Shown: positions 1-11,800 of the stretch, in pieces | Layout of the letters: every line of letters begins with the position of its first letter | How positions within the stretch are numbered: the stretch's first letter is position 1 | From: Eledone cirrhosa | Taxonomy: Eukaryota | Assembly (NCBI GenBank): GCA_964016885.1 | Contig: OZ024740.1 | Location: forward strand, 208,196,001-208,260,000 | Reading direction: 5' to 3' | Length of the DNA: 64,000 bases | Position numbers and translations under genes: made by a program | The notes under the pieces: generated by a model | Database searches by the model: none | What the model saw: the letters and a program-made list of their open reading frames with translations, nothing else | Told to the model about the DNA's origin: nothing

Positions 1-571
1 CTTTTCAGTTGCTGCAAACATAGATTGAATTCAACGTTTAAATATAAATTTAAAATGTAATATATAACTCATTCTATTAAATATATTGAACCTATCGATA
101 AATCATTAGATTCCTTCATTTGACTGCTTAAAACTCTCATTATAAAATAAATTTTTTTCCTAGAAAGTTTTTCTAGATAAACATACTGAAGGCTCTTAAA
201 AGGGGAAAATATTTTCTTTAAAAGTTTCTCCTATTTTTGAAAGTTTCTCTTTCTTTCTCTTTTTCTTTGAAAATTTCTCATATGGTTATAAAAATTAAGT
301 TAAACATACTGAGAGTTAAATATTATATTATATATATAAAAAAATTAAAATTCATTTTTATACTGAATTTTTTAGACATATTCTTATTTTAAAATTATAT
401 CTTAAAATATTTTTTAATATTTTTTAAAATTATATTGCTTTAAAGTTATATTGCTTAAAATTATATGAATATATTTCCAAATCGTAATTCCTTTTAAAAC
501 TATAATTCATTTTTATTTTATATATTATGCACTTTAATTATACTATGTACTTTATATTTATCTCTTTATTT

Positions 572-646
<75 letters not shown>

Positions 647-1062
647 ATGCATGTCTACCGGTAGGTGTATATCTGTGTATGTGTATCTATGTAGGGGTTG
701 TGTATATGTATATATACATACAATTCGAATGCACTCTGTTATAAAGGATTTCTTACGGTTTATAATAAACAAACTTATATAATAACAGTCACAACTACAT
801 AACAGGTGGATTTATTAGATATAAAATTTATAAAATTTATAAAATTATAAGGTTTGTATAATCTTATATTTCCTTTATTATCTTAACATTTATAACATTT
901 AATATAAGTAAATAACTTAATTTCCTTCACGCTGTTTTGCTATTACATAGAAATGATTTTTCTCCGATTTTTTCTCCGATTTCTCCGAAAAATCTATAAG
1001 TTTAGAAAAATTCCTATATCTTAAACATAAAAAGTCCTTTATTGTATGTATATATGTATGTG

Positions 1063-1108
<46 letters not shown>

Positions 1109-1599
1109 CATATGTATATATATGAATATATTCTTTTAATAATATATAGTTTTAATAATATATAGATTTTAATAATATATAGATCTCAATTTTAATGTAT
1201 AGATCTCAATAATTTAATTGATAATTTAATTGATAAACTAAACATTTAATCATATTTAAACACTTGTTAAAATTCTCCAGTTTTTATTATTTATTTATTT
1301 TCTATGCACGCTTATTTACTTTTCCTAACTCATCCAATAAATATTTATTTTTTCACTTCATCTTAAAAGTTACGCTAATACAACAACCTATCACTTATGG
1401 CTTTCTCTTTCTCTTTCTCTTTCTCTTTCTCTTTCTCTTTCTCTTTTTCTCTTTTCTTTTTTCTTCTCTTTCTCTTTCTCTTTCTCTTTTTCTTGTTTTC
1501 TTATTTTCCACTTAGAGTTTGCTCTTTTTTCTCTTTTTTCTCTTTCTTTTCTTTCCCCCAACGGATTATTTTAAATCTACTGTGATTTAAACATATCCG

Positions 1600-1826
1600 G
1601 CACTAATTTGCATAATAGACTAAATAAATTTAATAACCCCACTATCCGGGAGCTTCCAACAGAAATGGTCGCATTCTTTAAGAGTATGTCAATATTTATT
1701 TATAAAACTGATCTATATTATATTTTATCTGATGAAAGCACACCATAATTTAACTTGGTGTCCTTGAAATATGTATAATGAAATAAATATGGTTTTATAA
1801 ATATAGTTTCCATTTGTTAATATATC

Positions 1827-1830
<4 letters not shown>
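1600..1830 (+). mobile_element. Solo PLE pLTR fragment with HHR-like motif (family of 39446-40729)
   Basis: CTGATGA 1729-1735, stem II aagcacacca/tggtgtcctt, GAAA 1766-1769. Homologous to 40590-40729 and ends in (TA)n. Stem I register is imperfect. Confidence 0.65.
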
Positions 1831-1889
<59 letters not shown>

Positions 1890-1922
1890 GTTCTTCATTT
1901 TGGCGTGAATTCCTTTTTCTTT

Positions 1923-1958
<36 letters not shown>

Positions 1959-2137
1959 TAATTTAATATATCTACTAACATAAGCGCACAGATGTACGCT
2001 AATGCCAGCAAATACACAGGTTATGTCATAGTACCTAGGTGGTTCAATGCAGGAGGATGCAGAACAATAATATAAAAGACGTAAAATAAGAAAATTTTTT
2101 TTAAAAATTTTAAAAAATTAACTTACTTAAATTTTCA

Positions 2138-2217
2138 CTCCAACTAATTAGTTTCTGCAATGGGATAAAGACAGTTACGTAATGAACTGTTGAGAATTTC
2201 ATTGCGTCATCAGGGAG
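2138..2217 (-). ncRNA. Type I hammerhead ribozyme
   Basis: Minus strand: ctcc CTGATGA c-gcaatg..(long insert)..cattgc-a GAAA ctaattag TT ggag. Palindromic stem III. Confidence 0.85.
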
Positions 2218-2692
2218 GTCTATTCTCAGCCAAGTCTCCAGGCAATGCGCGGACACTGGGGACTCATATAAAAATAATAATAATTCGGTAAATGGAACAG
2301 CTATCGAGGACTGGATTCCAGGCACTGAAAATTCTCACTGCCACCGGTCAAATGGCCGATTCTAAAGAATCAATCACGTGACACAGAGGCTAGTCAGTAG
2401 GAATGTGATGGTAAGATGACAGACGCCTACTAACACCCCACAAAAAAATTTTTTTAGTAGTGGTTTTGGCAGGTTTGCTCGACAAATCAGTGATTTGGAG
2501 ATAAATATAGATCATTTAATATATCTACTAACATAAGCGCACAGATGTACGCTAATGCCAGCAAATACACAGGTTATGTCATAGTACCTAGGTGGTTCAA
2601 TGCAGGAGGATGCAGAACAATAATATAAAAGACGTAAAATAAAAAGTTTTTAAAAAAATTTTAAAAAATTAACTTACTTACTTAAATTTTCA

Positions 2693-2772
2693 CTCCAACT
2701 AATTAGTTTCTGCAATGGGATAAAGACAGTTACGTAATGAACTGTTGAGAATTTCATTGCGTCATCAGGGAG
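2693..2772 (-). ncRNA. Type I hammerhead ribozyme (second tandem copy)
   Basis: Same motif as 2138-2217, 555 nt away. Confidence 0.85.
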
Positions 2773-3059
2773 GTCTATTCTCAGCCAAGTCTCCAGGCAA
2801 TGCGCGGACACTGGGGACTCATATAAAAATAATAATAATTCGGTAAATGGAACAGCTATCGAGGACTGGATTCCAGGCACTGAAAATTCTCACTGCCACC
2901 GGTCAAATGGCCGATTCTAAAGAATCAATCACGTGAAATTCTCAACAGTTCATTACGTAACTGTCTTTATCCCATTGCAGAAACTAATTAGTTGGAGTGA
3001 AAATTTAAGTAAGTAAGTTAATTTTTAAAAAATTTTTTTTTAAATTTTCTTATTTTACG

Positions 3060-3135
<76 letters not shown>

Positions 3136-3138
<3 letters not shown>

Positions 3139-3411
3139 TTAAAAATGTAAACTATCGCCGTATTTTGACTAAAGAAATTAAAGAAATTATTTAGCCTGAT
3201 AGTGGGCTTAAGAACCCTCGGAGAAATGGAAAAAGATGAGTATTGACGTACATGGGAGTCGAACGGATAACCAAAGATATGGGTTCGACTCCCATGTACG
3301 TCAATACTCATCTTTTTCCATTTCTCCGAGGGTTCTTAACCCCACTATCAGGCTAAATAATTTCTTTAATTTCTTTAGTCAAAATACGGCGATAGCTGAC
3401 ATTTCTAATAA
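3136..3411. repeat. Fold-back element (~128-bp arms, 18-nt loop) abutting (TA)n
   Basis: 3136-3264 is the near-perfect reverse complement of 3283-3411. Same family as 29087-29253. Confidence 0.85.
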
Positions 3412-3442
3412 TTTCAAACCCACTCGCTGTGTGTCTGTGTAT

Positions 3443-4322
3443 GAGAGATATATTTACACCTGTCTCTAACTAAAAACATAGCCAACTGTCTACAGTAAAC
3501 TAAATGTGTGCACTCTGAAAATTTGATTGCAGCTGCATAACTGCAATTCGCCAGATTCATTGAGTGAGTTAGACGCTGTATTTATACAAGCGATCTTCGT
3601 TACTTTTGTTATATTATACTCTCGGCTGCGCTGATTTGGAACTCCTGTATAAGGTTAGGCTTTTCAGTATTTCTTGTTTATGTTTCCTAAAATTACATTT
3701 TGAGTATTGAAAATTTGAGTTTGTATCACAAATCAGATTATATTTGCTTGTATATGTGAATATATGCATGAACCTCGTTATCTATGTATGCACATGTGCA
3801 TTAAGCCGGTTGAGTTCTTCATTTTCGTGTGAATTCCTTTTTCTTTTTAATTCAACTGCCAAAATCACGTGTTATGGTCTGCAAGAAATTCTTCCTCTTT
3901 TCATTAGAGGCAGAGTTGGGGCGTGCCGTGAACTGCTGTATAGCTTATCCAATAGTGAAGGCTGGCTCACACTGCACGGAACTATTACATAATATTGGGG
4001 AATCCTGCTGAAGACGTGTAACAGGTCCGATTGCATAAATATCCCCTGATTTGACGTGATTTTCTGAACATTGCAGAAGTAAAATCTTCATTTGTAAAGT
4101 TATATTATACAGAAACGTCGTCTAGGAGGGAGATATTTACATCTATCTCTAACTAAAAACACTAGCCAACTGTTTACAGTAAACTAGATGCGTGCACTCT
4201 GAACAGTTGATTGCAGCTGCATAACTGCAATTCGCCAGATTCATTGAGTGAGCTAGACGCTGGCCGGGGGGGGGGGGGGGTACGCTGTATTTATACCACC
4301 GATCTTCGTTACTTTTGTTATA
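3443..4322 (+). mobile_element. Non-coding ~690-bp unit with a ~180-bp terminal direct repeat and one HHR
   Basis: 3443-3613 is repeated at 4130-4322. The HHR lies immediately before the second repeat. Ends in (TA)n. Confidence 0.75.
4003..4127 (+). ncRNA. Type I hammerhead ribozyme with large stem II insert
   Basis: tcctg CTGAAGA(4008-4014) c-gtgtaa...ttatac-a GAAA(4112-4115) cgtcg TC tagga. Confidence 0.65.
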
Positions 4323-4535
4323 TATATATATATATACGTATGTATACGTACATACATATATGTATACAGACGTACAGTAGTATGTATATATACATACATG
4401 CACACATATATATATGTACGTATGGATTCACCAAACATTTATTATAATGCTCGGTGTGTTTGTAAACAAACATCCCATATTAAACCGTAGTTTCTAGCAA
4501 CCAGCGTTGCTCGCTTGTTCAACACTGACACAGGA

Positions 4536-4578
4536 ACGCTGTACTAGTTTCAAGCTTGTTAGCTATCGTCAGCAACGT
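4536..4578 (-). ncRNA. Minimal type I hammerhead ribozyme
   Basis: acgttg CTGACGA t-agct-aaca-agct-t GAAA ctag TA cagcgt. Palindromic ACTAGT stem III. Confidence 0.85.
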
Positions 4579-4817
4579 ATACCTTCCTGCCAGATAGTTG
4601 AACGTCCGACATATATGTATGTACGTATACATACTTATATTTAAGTAACAGCCGTACTAAGAGTGGGAAATGAAATTTCGTTTCATTTTTTTCGTTTATC
4701 GTTTTCGGTACACCCGGCCGATTAACCCACTCGATATGCAAATTGGGCTACTCAGCCGTTAATATGCATAAGGAAAGTATATACTTTCGAACGTTCAACT
4801 ATCTGGCAGGAAGGTAT

Positions 4818-4860
4818 ACGTTGTTGACGATAGCTAACAAGCTTGAAACTAGTACACCGT
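4818..4860 (+). ncRNA. Minimal hammerhead, mutated copy (C3U)
   Basis: acgttg TTGACGA tagctaacaagctt GAAA ctag TA caccgt. Confidence 0.7.
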
Positions 4861-5169
4861 TCCTTTGTCAGTGTTGAACAAACGAGCAACGATGGTTGCT
4901 AGTCACTACGGCTTAATACGGGATGTTTGTTTACAAACACACCGAGCATTATAATAAATGTTCGGTGAATCCATACGTACATATATATATGTGTGCATGT
5001 ATGTATATATATATATACATACTACTGTACGTCTGTATACATATATGTATGTGCGTATACATACTTATATTTAAGTAACAGCCGTACTAAGAGTGGGAAA
5101 TGAAATTTCGTTTCATTTTTTCCGTTTATATATATATATATACATATATACATATATATATATATATAT

Positions 5170-5410
5170 GCAAAAGGCTAATGGTAAATAGAAACAACAA
5201 AGCAAGCAACACAGTACAATGAATGAAGAAATATATTAGTTTAACGCTTGACACAAAAGGAAAAGAGTTTCGGACATTAATCCTTCATCAGAAGAAGATA
5301 GAATGATTGATAAAAGATGAAATCGAAAGATAGAGAGTGGGAAGCGGAAGAAACGGAAAAGTGTATATATAAGAAATAGCACATGTGGTCAATCAGCCAT
5401 TTTGGAAAAA
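5170..5410 (-). mobile_element. Solo pLTR-like fragment with degenerate HHR (5262-5296)
   Basis: Minus strand CTGATGA a-gga-ttaatg-tcc GAAA. Shares atatattagtttaacgcttga with 57160-57390 and, inverted, with 41040-41185. Confidence 0.65.
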
Positions 5411-5757
5411 GAATAAGTGTTTGTATATCGATCACTGAAAGATATGAAAATCTTGGTAGATACTTGTCAGATGAAACACCTTCAGTAATAATTAGTTAAG
5501 TGACTGACACTTATCCAATATATGGAATGTTGAAAATGTAGGCCAAACTGAACATCAAATACACAGTGAGGGGAATAAAAATAATCTTAATGGTCGACTA
5601 GGGTTATTTTCTCATAGCAGAGTTCTTATTGGAGTTCGATAAATGTAATTGCCATGTAGTATCGTAGATCGATAATCCCCCTCCCCCTACTCCTACTCCT
5701 CATCCTCATCATCATGAGGAGGAGAAGGATGACGATGATGATATTTGATGATGATAA

Positions 5758-5863
5758 TTGTTTCTACTTTTGGCACAAGGCCAGCAATTACCCAGTGCAT
5801 TACTGGTACTTTATTTTATCGACCTCGTAAGGATGAAAGGCAAAGTTAACCTCGGCGGGATTT
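5758..5863 (-). mobile_element. tRNA-derived SINE, 3' part
   Basis: Matches the full copy at 46582-46790. Confidence 0.85.
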
Positions 5864-8550
5864 GATGATGATGGTGGTGATGATGGTGATGGTGGTGGTG
5901 GTGGTGGTGGTGTTGGTGGTGTTGGTTGTTCTGTTGGTGTTGGTGGTGGTGGTGTTGGTGTTGGTGTTGGTGATGATGATGATAATGATATTGATTATGG
6001 TGATGATGGTCAAAGGTTGTGGTGGTGGTGGTGGTGATGGTGATGATGGTGGTGGTGGTTGTGGTGGTGGTGGTTGTGGTGGTGGTGGTGGTGGTAGTGG
6101 TGGTGCTGGTGCTGGTAGTGGTGGTGATGATGATGGTGGCGGTGGTGGTGGTGGTGATGGTGGTAGTGGTGATGCTGGTTGTGCTGGTGGTGGTGGTGGT
6201 GGTGGTGATGGTGGTGGTGGTGGTGGTGCTAGTGGTGGTGCTGGTTGTGCTGGTGGTGGTGGTGATGGTGGTGGTGGTGATGATGGTGGTGGTGGTGGTG
6301 GTGGTGGTGGTGGTGGTGGTGGTGGTGGTGGTGGTGGTGGTGGTGGTGGTGGTGTTGGTTGTGCTGGTGGTGGTGGTGATGGTGGTGGTGGTGATGATGG
6401 TGGTGGTGGTGGTGGTGGTGGTGGTGGTGGTGGTGGTGGTGGTGGTGGTGGTGGTGGTGGTGGTGGTGGTGGTGGTGATGATGCTAGTGGTAGTGGAAGT
6501 GGTGATAGTGCGGTGGTAGTGGTGGTGGTAGTGTCGATAGTGCGGTGGTAGTGGTGGTAGTGTGGTGGTAGTGGTGATAGTGCGGTGGTAGTGGTGGTAG
6601 TGGTGGTGGTAGTGGTGGTAGTAGTGGTGGTGGTAGTGGTGGTGGGAGTGGTGGTGGTAGTGGTGGTGGTAGTGGTGATGCTGGCGTCCGTGTACCACGC
6701 AACCAACAGGCTCCATTTCCCAACAACACTACAATATGTTTATGTAATTCATCATCCAAACCCCATCGCCACCACCAGACCAAGCCACCCCACCCAACCT
6801 CCAACCCCAACCCCCACCCGATCCTACCCCACTCTCGGTCGGAGTTTGAACACAAACTGAAATGAAAAGCAAGGAAAACATGTTTGGCGCCAAAGGTCCA
6901 GATATTTCTAGGGACTCCCATATGTTCACAGTTGATTCCAGAATTGACCTCACAAACAGTTCTTTTACCTTGGAATTACTGGAGTTGCTTTGTATTTACT
7001 GTTAGTAGTGGTAGGTGTGGGCACGGCGGGGGTGGCGATGTTGGTGGTGGCGATGGTACTGATGATGGTAGTGGTGTTGTTGGTGATGGCGATGGTGGTG
7101 ATGGTGGTGATGGTGGTGGTGGTGTTGTTGGTGATGGCGATGGTGGTGATGGTGGTAGTGGTGTTGTTGGTGATGGTGGTGATGAAGGGTGATGGCAGTG
7201 ATGATGATGATGGGCTGACGGCTAGGGATGATGGTAGTGATTTTGTTGGTGATGGTGATGGTAGTGATGATGATGATGGTGGTGATGGTCGGGATGATGG
7301 TGATGATGATGGTAGTGGTGTTGGCGGTGTTGGCGATGGTGGTGGTGATGGCTGGTGGTGGTGATGGTAGGGATGATGGTGGTGATAGTGGTGATGATGA
7401 TGGTAGTGGTGTTGGCGATGGTGGTGGTGATGGCTGGTGGTGGTGATGGTAGGGATGATGGTGGTGATAGTGGTGATGATGATGGTAGTGGTGTTGGCGG
7501 TGGTGGGGATGATGGCTGGTGGTGGTGATGGTAGGGATGATGGTGGTGATGGTGGTGATGATGATGGCAGTGGTGTTGGCGGTGGTGGCGATGATGGCTG
7601 GTGGCGGTGATGGTAGGGATGATGGTGGTGATGGTGGTGATGATGATGGCAGTGGTGTTGGCGGTGGTGGGGATGATGGCTGGTGGCGGTGATGGTAGGG
7701 ATGATGGTGGTGATGGTGGTGATGATGATGGCAGTGGTGTTGGCGGTGGTGGCGATGATGGCTGGTGGCGGTGATGGTAGGGATGATGGTGGTGATGGTG
7801 GTGATGATGATGATGATGACGGTAGTGGTGTTGTTGGTGATGGCGATGGTGGTGGCGATGGTGGTGATGATGATGATGATGGTGGTGATGGTAAGGGATG
7901 ATGGCAATGATGATGGTAGTGATGATTGTGGTGGCGATGGTGGTGATGATGATGATGGTGGTGATGGTAAGGGATGATGGCAATGATGATGGTAGTGATG
8001 ATTGTGGTGGCGATGGTGGTGATGATGATGATGGTGGTGATGGTAAGGGATGATGGCAATGATGATGGTAGTGATGATTGTGGTGGCGATGGTGGTGATG
8101 ATGATGATGGTGGTGATGGTAAGGGATGATGGCAATGATGATGGTAGTGATGATTGTGGTGGCGATGGTGGTGATGATAATGGTGGTGGTGGATAGTGGT
8201 GAAGGTGGTCATAGTAGTGATGGTGATGGTGGGCAGTAATAATGGAGTTGGTGATGGTGGGGATGGTAGTGATGGTGATGGCGGAGGTACTGACGGTGGT
8301 ATGATGATAGTGGTGTTTGGACGGTATTATTGGTTGCATTGTTGTTGATACTGTTATTGTAGATAGTGGTGATGATGGTGATGATGATGATGATGGTGAT
8401 GAGGAGGAGGAGGATGGGGGGATAAGAAGGATGAGAATCATCAACAACATCATCATCATATTCATCATCATCACCACCATCAACATCATCATCATCACCA
8501 CCATCAACATCATCACCATCATTATCACTATCATCTACATCATCACCATC
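5864..8550. repeat. (GGT/GAT/CAT)n low-complexity tract with 63-66-bp minisatellite subarrays
   Basis: Triplet-based repeats interrupted by unique sequence at 6680-7000. Overlapping poly-T/P/H/G/V ORFs are artefacts. Confidence 0.9.
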
Positions 8551-8589
<39 letters not shown>

Positions 8590-8831
8590 TTTTCTTTATT
8601 AACCACAAGGGTTCACATAAAGTAGACATTAAGGACAGTACAGGACAATACAGGACGGTACAAATGGGCATTTCTGCGTGTAAAAAAACAGAGGTTGAAA
8701 TAAAATAACAAAGAAAAATTCCCCAATAGGGGGGAGACTTCCAAGGGACATTTGTGGAGAAAGCCCATTAAAAGACCACAGTGGCCCTGACCACCAGGGC
8801 AAGTGCCCTCTCCCAGTTTTCCACCTTTAAT

Positions 8832-11800
8832 TTACAGACACATACTCAGAGAAGGCCCATTCATTCGGGCCATACTTGCTTCTCTCACCCATCTTTCAAC
8901 AAAATGCTGGGAAGAGAGCACTTCCCTCTCTACCCTGATTTTCCTTTTCAAATGAAATTTGAAAAAGTTAATCAGGGCATCACCGAAGAGGTAAGTGCTC
9001 GTCTTCAGCCCTTTCAAACGTGTCCACCATACTATCTCTTTCGCCATGGCCACCAGACAGATAAAAACTGCCTGCCCTTCCAGGCTAAAGGAAGGGGGCG
9101 GGGCAATCCTCACGATGGACTCAGCTGATAGCTGGATCCGTCCTACACGTGACAGCAGGTGTTCGACATAAACCCACAAGTCAGCAATGCTCGGACACTG
9201 GACGAGTGCGTGCAGGACGGTTTCGTCGCCCTGCGCGCATCTCGGACATGCCCGGCTGACGGCACCTCCATGCCTGTAGAGTTTATCCCGAACTGGCAAA
9301 GCTCCTCGGTAGCACTGCCAGGCCAGGGATTTCTGGAAGTTGTCCATAGGCCCCGGCCCGAAAGTCCTTCCGAAGAGATTGGCTAGTTGATTTTCGTCGA
9401 CGCCTAGAGTTTCTCCAAGTACGTCGTCGCTCTTCCCCTCCACTAATCCCCTATAGAACGCCAAGGTGGAGTTTCCACCGATCACATTGCCCGATTGGTC
9501 GAGGGCTGTGAGCGCCTGAAGACATTCCAGTCTCCAAGCGCTCCCTCTCGGTCTTCGCTTGACCCAGGACTGCAGCTCCGTCAAGGAGACGAGCTGGGGA
9601 AAAACGTGTCTTGCAAACGGCGACCACACCTGATCACCGTCGAGGAAGAGGTGGAGATGTCTGCGCATCATCAGCCACGGTATGCCCAGCCCTCCACGTA
9701 GCGGGTGTTGACAGCAGATGGACCGCCTGACCATCGGAGCGCGTCCCTTCCACAAGAAGCGAAAGAGCAAACGCTCCAGCGCAGTCAGGCGGGGCTTAGG
9801 ACAAGGAACGACGGTCAGGCGGTAGTAGATGACGGATGCGATGTACGCATTCGCCACCTCCGCTCGACCTTTCAGGGATAGCTTCCTCTCGGCCCATTTC
9901 TGCGTGAGAGAAGCCACCCTGCTCGTCACCTCGTCCCAGTTTTTGTCCGTCTGGAGGTCTGGACCGAACCAGACCCCTAGCAATTTAACCGGTCCGTCCG
10001 TCCAGCGCCCGACGACGCTGTTGGACGGCATGGACCTGCCTCTCCAGGTGCCGAGCTGCAGGCCCACTGACTTTTCCTGGTTGATCATTGCTCCTGTCAC
10101 CGCTTCGTATTCTCTTAGTGTAGTGCCGATCGCCTCGATGTGTTTGGCGTTCGACACCACTACGGTGACATCGTCGGCATATGCTGACACGGATCTTCCG
10201 CATCCTAGTTCGCGCGGGACCCCCCTCAACGTCTCCAGTTTGTGCAGTAATGGCTCGATAGTCAATACGTACAATAGGGACGAGAGGGGACATCCTTGGC
10301 GGACCGAGCGCATGATGTTGAACGGTTCCGAAAGGTGACCGTTCACTCTCACTACAGAGCAGATGTCGCTGTGCATGGCAGCGATCCAGCCTCTGAAGAC
10401 GGGCCCAAAGCCAGCCGCCCTCAGGACTGCCGTTAGGTAACGATGGTCGACCCTATCGAAGGCTTTCGACTGATCTAAATTGATCAAAGACCCACCCGTG
10501 CCAGGTTCCCTAGCTACCCTCTCTACGATGTATCGCATGAGGTGGAGGTTGTCGTGGATGGATCTGTCGGGAATGGCGCATGTCTGCGCCTCTCCCACCA
10601 GACCACCAACGACAAGCGCCAACCTCTTTGCTAGCACCTTGGCCAAAATCTTGAACTCTGTGTTTAGCAGAGTTATGGGCCTAAAATTATCTATGTTATC
10701 CCCCTTGTTCGGATCCTTTCTCAGCAGCGCCACCGCTCCTCGGCTCACAGAGCTGGGAATTCTCCCGTTCTGTTGCCAGTTGCAGTAGACGTCCGCCAAG
10801 AGGCCTCCGAACAAGTTTGGCATTTGTACGTAAAGTTTATAGGGCAGACCATCCAAACCAGGCGATTTACCCCTTGTGCAACTAGTCATTGCATCCCGTA
10901 CTTCAGCGGTTGTTATCGGCTTTTCGCAACACTCCGCCTCAGTGGCCGAAAGCCGCGGCAGTCCGTCGAGGTAGACACTAAAGTCCATCCCTCGATCCGG
11001 CCCGTCACTGCCCCCGAACAGTTGAGCGAAGTGTCGCTGAAAAGCTTCACACATTTGCCCGGGATCGAGTAGCATGCGCCCGTCGTGGTCCACCAAAGAC
11101 CGGATCGTGGCTTTGTTGCCACGACGCGCCTCCGCCACTCGGGCCCATTGAACGGCTTTCGTCCCCTCGTGTCTGAGAGCACGCACCCTAGCTCTGACAA
11201 CGCAGCCTTCGTGCTTTGCATTGAAGAATTGGTCAAGGGCCAATTTCGCCGCAAGTACGTCGGTCGCGATGCCTTTGCTAAGCGCCTCATCTAATTTTCT
11301 AACTAGTTCTCCCTCTGCTCTATTTTTCTCTATTGCTAAAGTCTTACTAAACCTAATGGACTCTATTCTAATTGCTCTTTTCAGAGCAAACCACCACTTG
11401 TTGTTGACGATGGCCCCCGTCAACGCCCGCTTAACTAGTTTGCTAATCCGGTCTCTGTAGGCCTTGCGCGCTGGTAAGGACGCGTTTAGCTTCCAGTAGC
11501 CGGGTCCTCGCCTATGAAGCCTATCTAAGTCAAGCACACAGATCACGAATGTGTGGTCCGTGTAGCTGACTATCTTGAATTGTGGACAGCCTATGCTAGA
11601 CCTATCTATTTCCCTACAAAATACTCTATCTAGATATGATCTGGATGACCCTATGCGATTTGTCCAAGTCCACATTGGTACATTCGGGAAATCCATTCGG
11701 TACCTGTCAGACAGTTCAAAACGTCTGAGCAGGTTGGTGAGACTCTTGCACCCTCCTTCCCTATCCACTAATCTCACACAATTCCAGCGTGCATCTAAGA

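Larger units (their letters stand above)
1961..3066 (-). mobile_element. Retrozyme-like element: ~1.75 tandem copies of a ~555-bp unit plus an inverted arm
   Basis: 1961-2513 is repeated from 2514 to ~2936. 2934-3066 is the reverse complement of ~2070-2202. Flanked by (TA)/(GA)n and (TA)n, with one HHR per unit. Confidence 0.85.
4337..5129 (+). mobile_element. Fold-back HHR element: ~430-bp unit, ~90-bp partial tandem repeat and inverted arm
   Basis: 4611-4699 is repeated at 5041-5129. 4337-4606 is the reverse complement of ~4790-5060. (TA)n at both ends. Same family as 52700-53146. Confidence 0.85.

Noticed and set aside
180-215. Possible HHR CTGAAGG-ctctt/aaggg-GAAA
   Set aside because: A9 is replaced by G and there is no stem I pairing. 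Chance match or too decayed.
5811-8625. Long His/Thr/Pro/Gly-rich ORFs
   Set aside because: Triplet repeats are open in several frames on both strands, with no splice or domain evidence.
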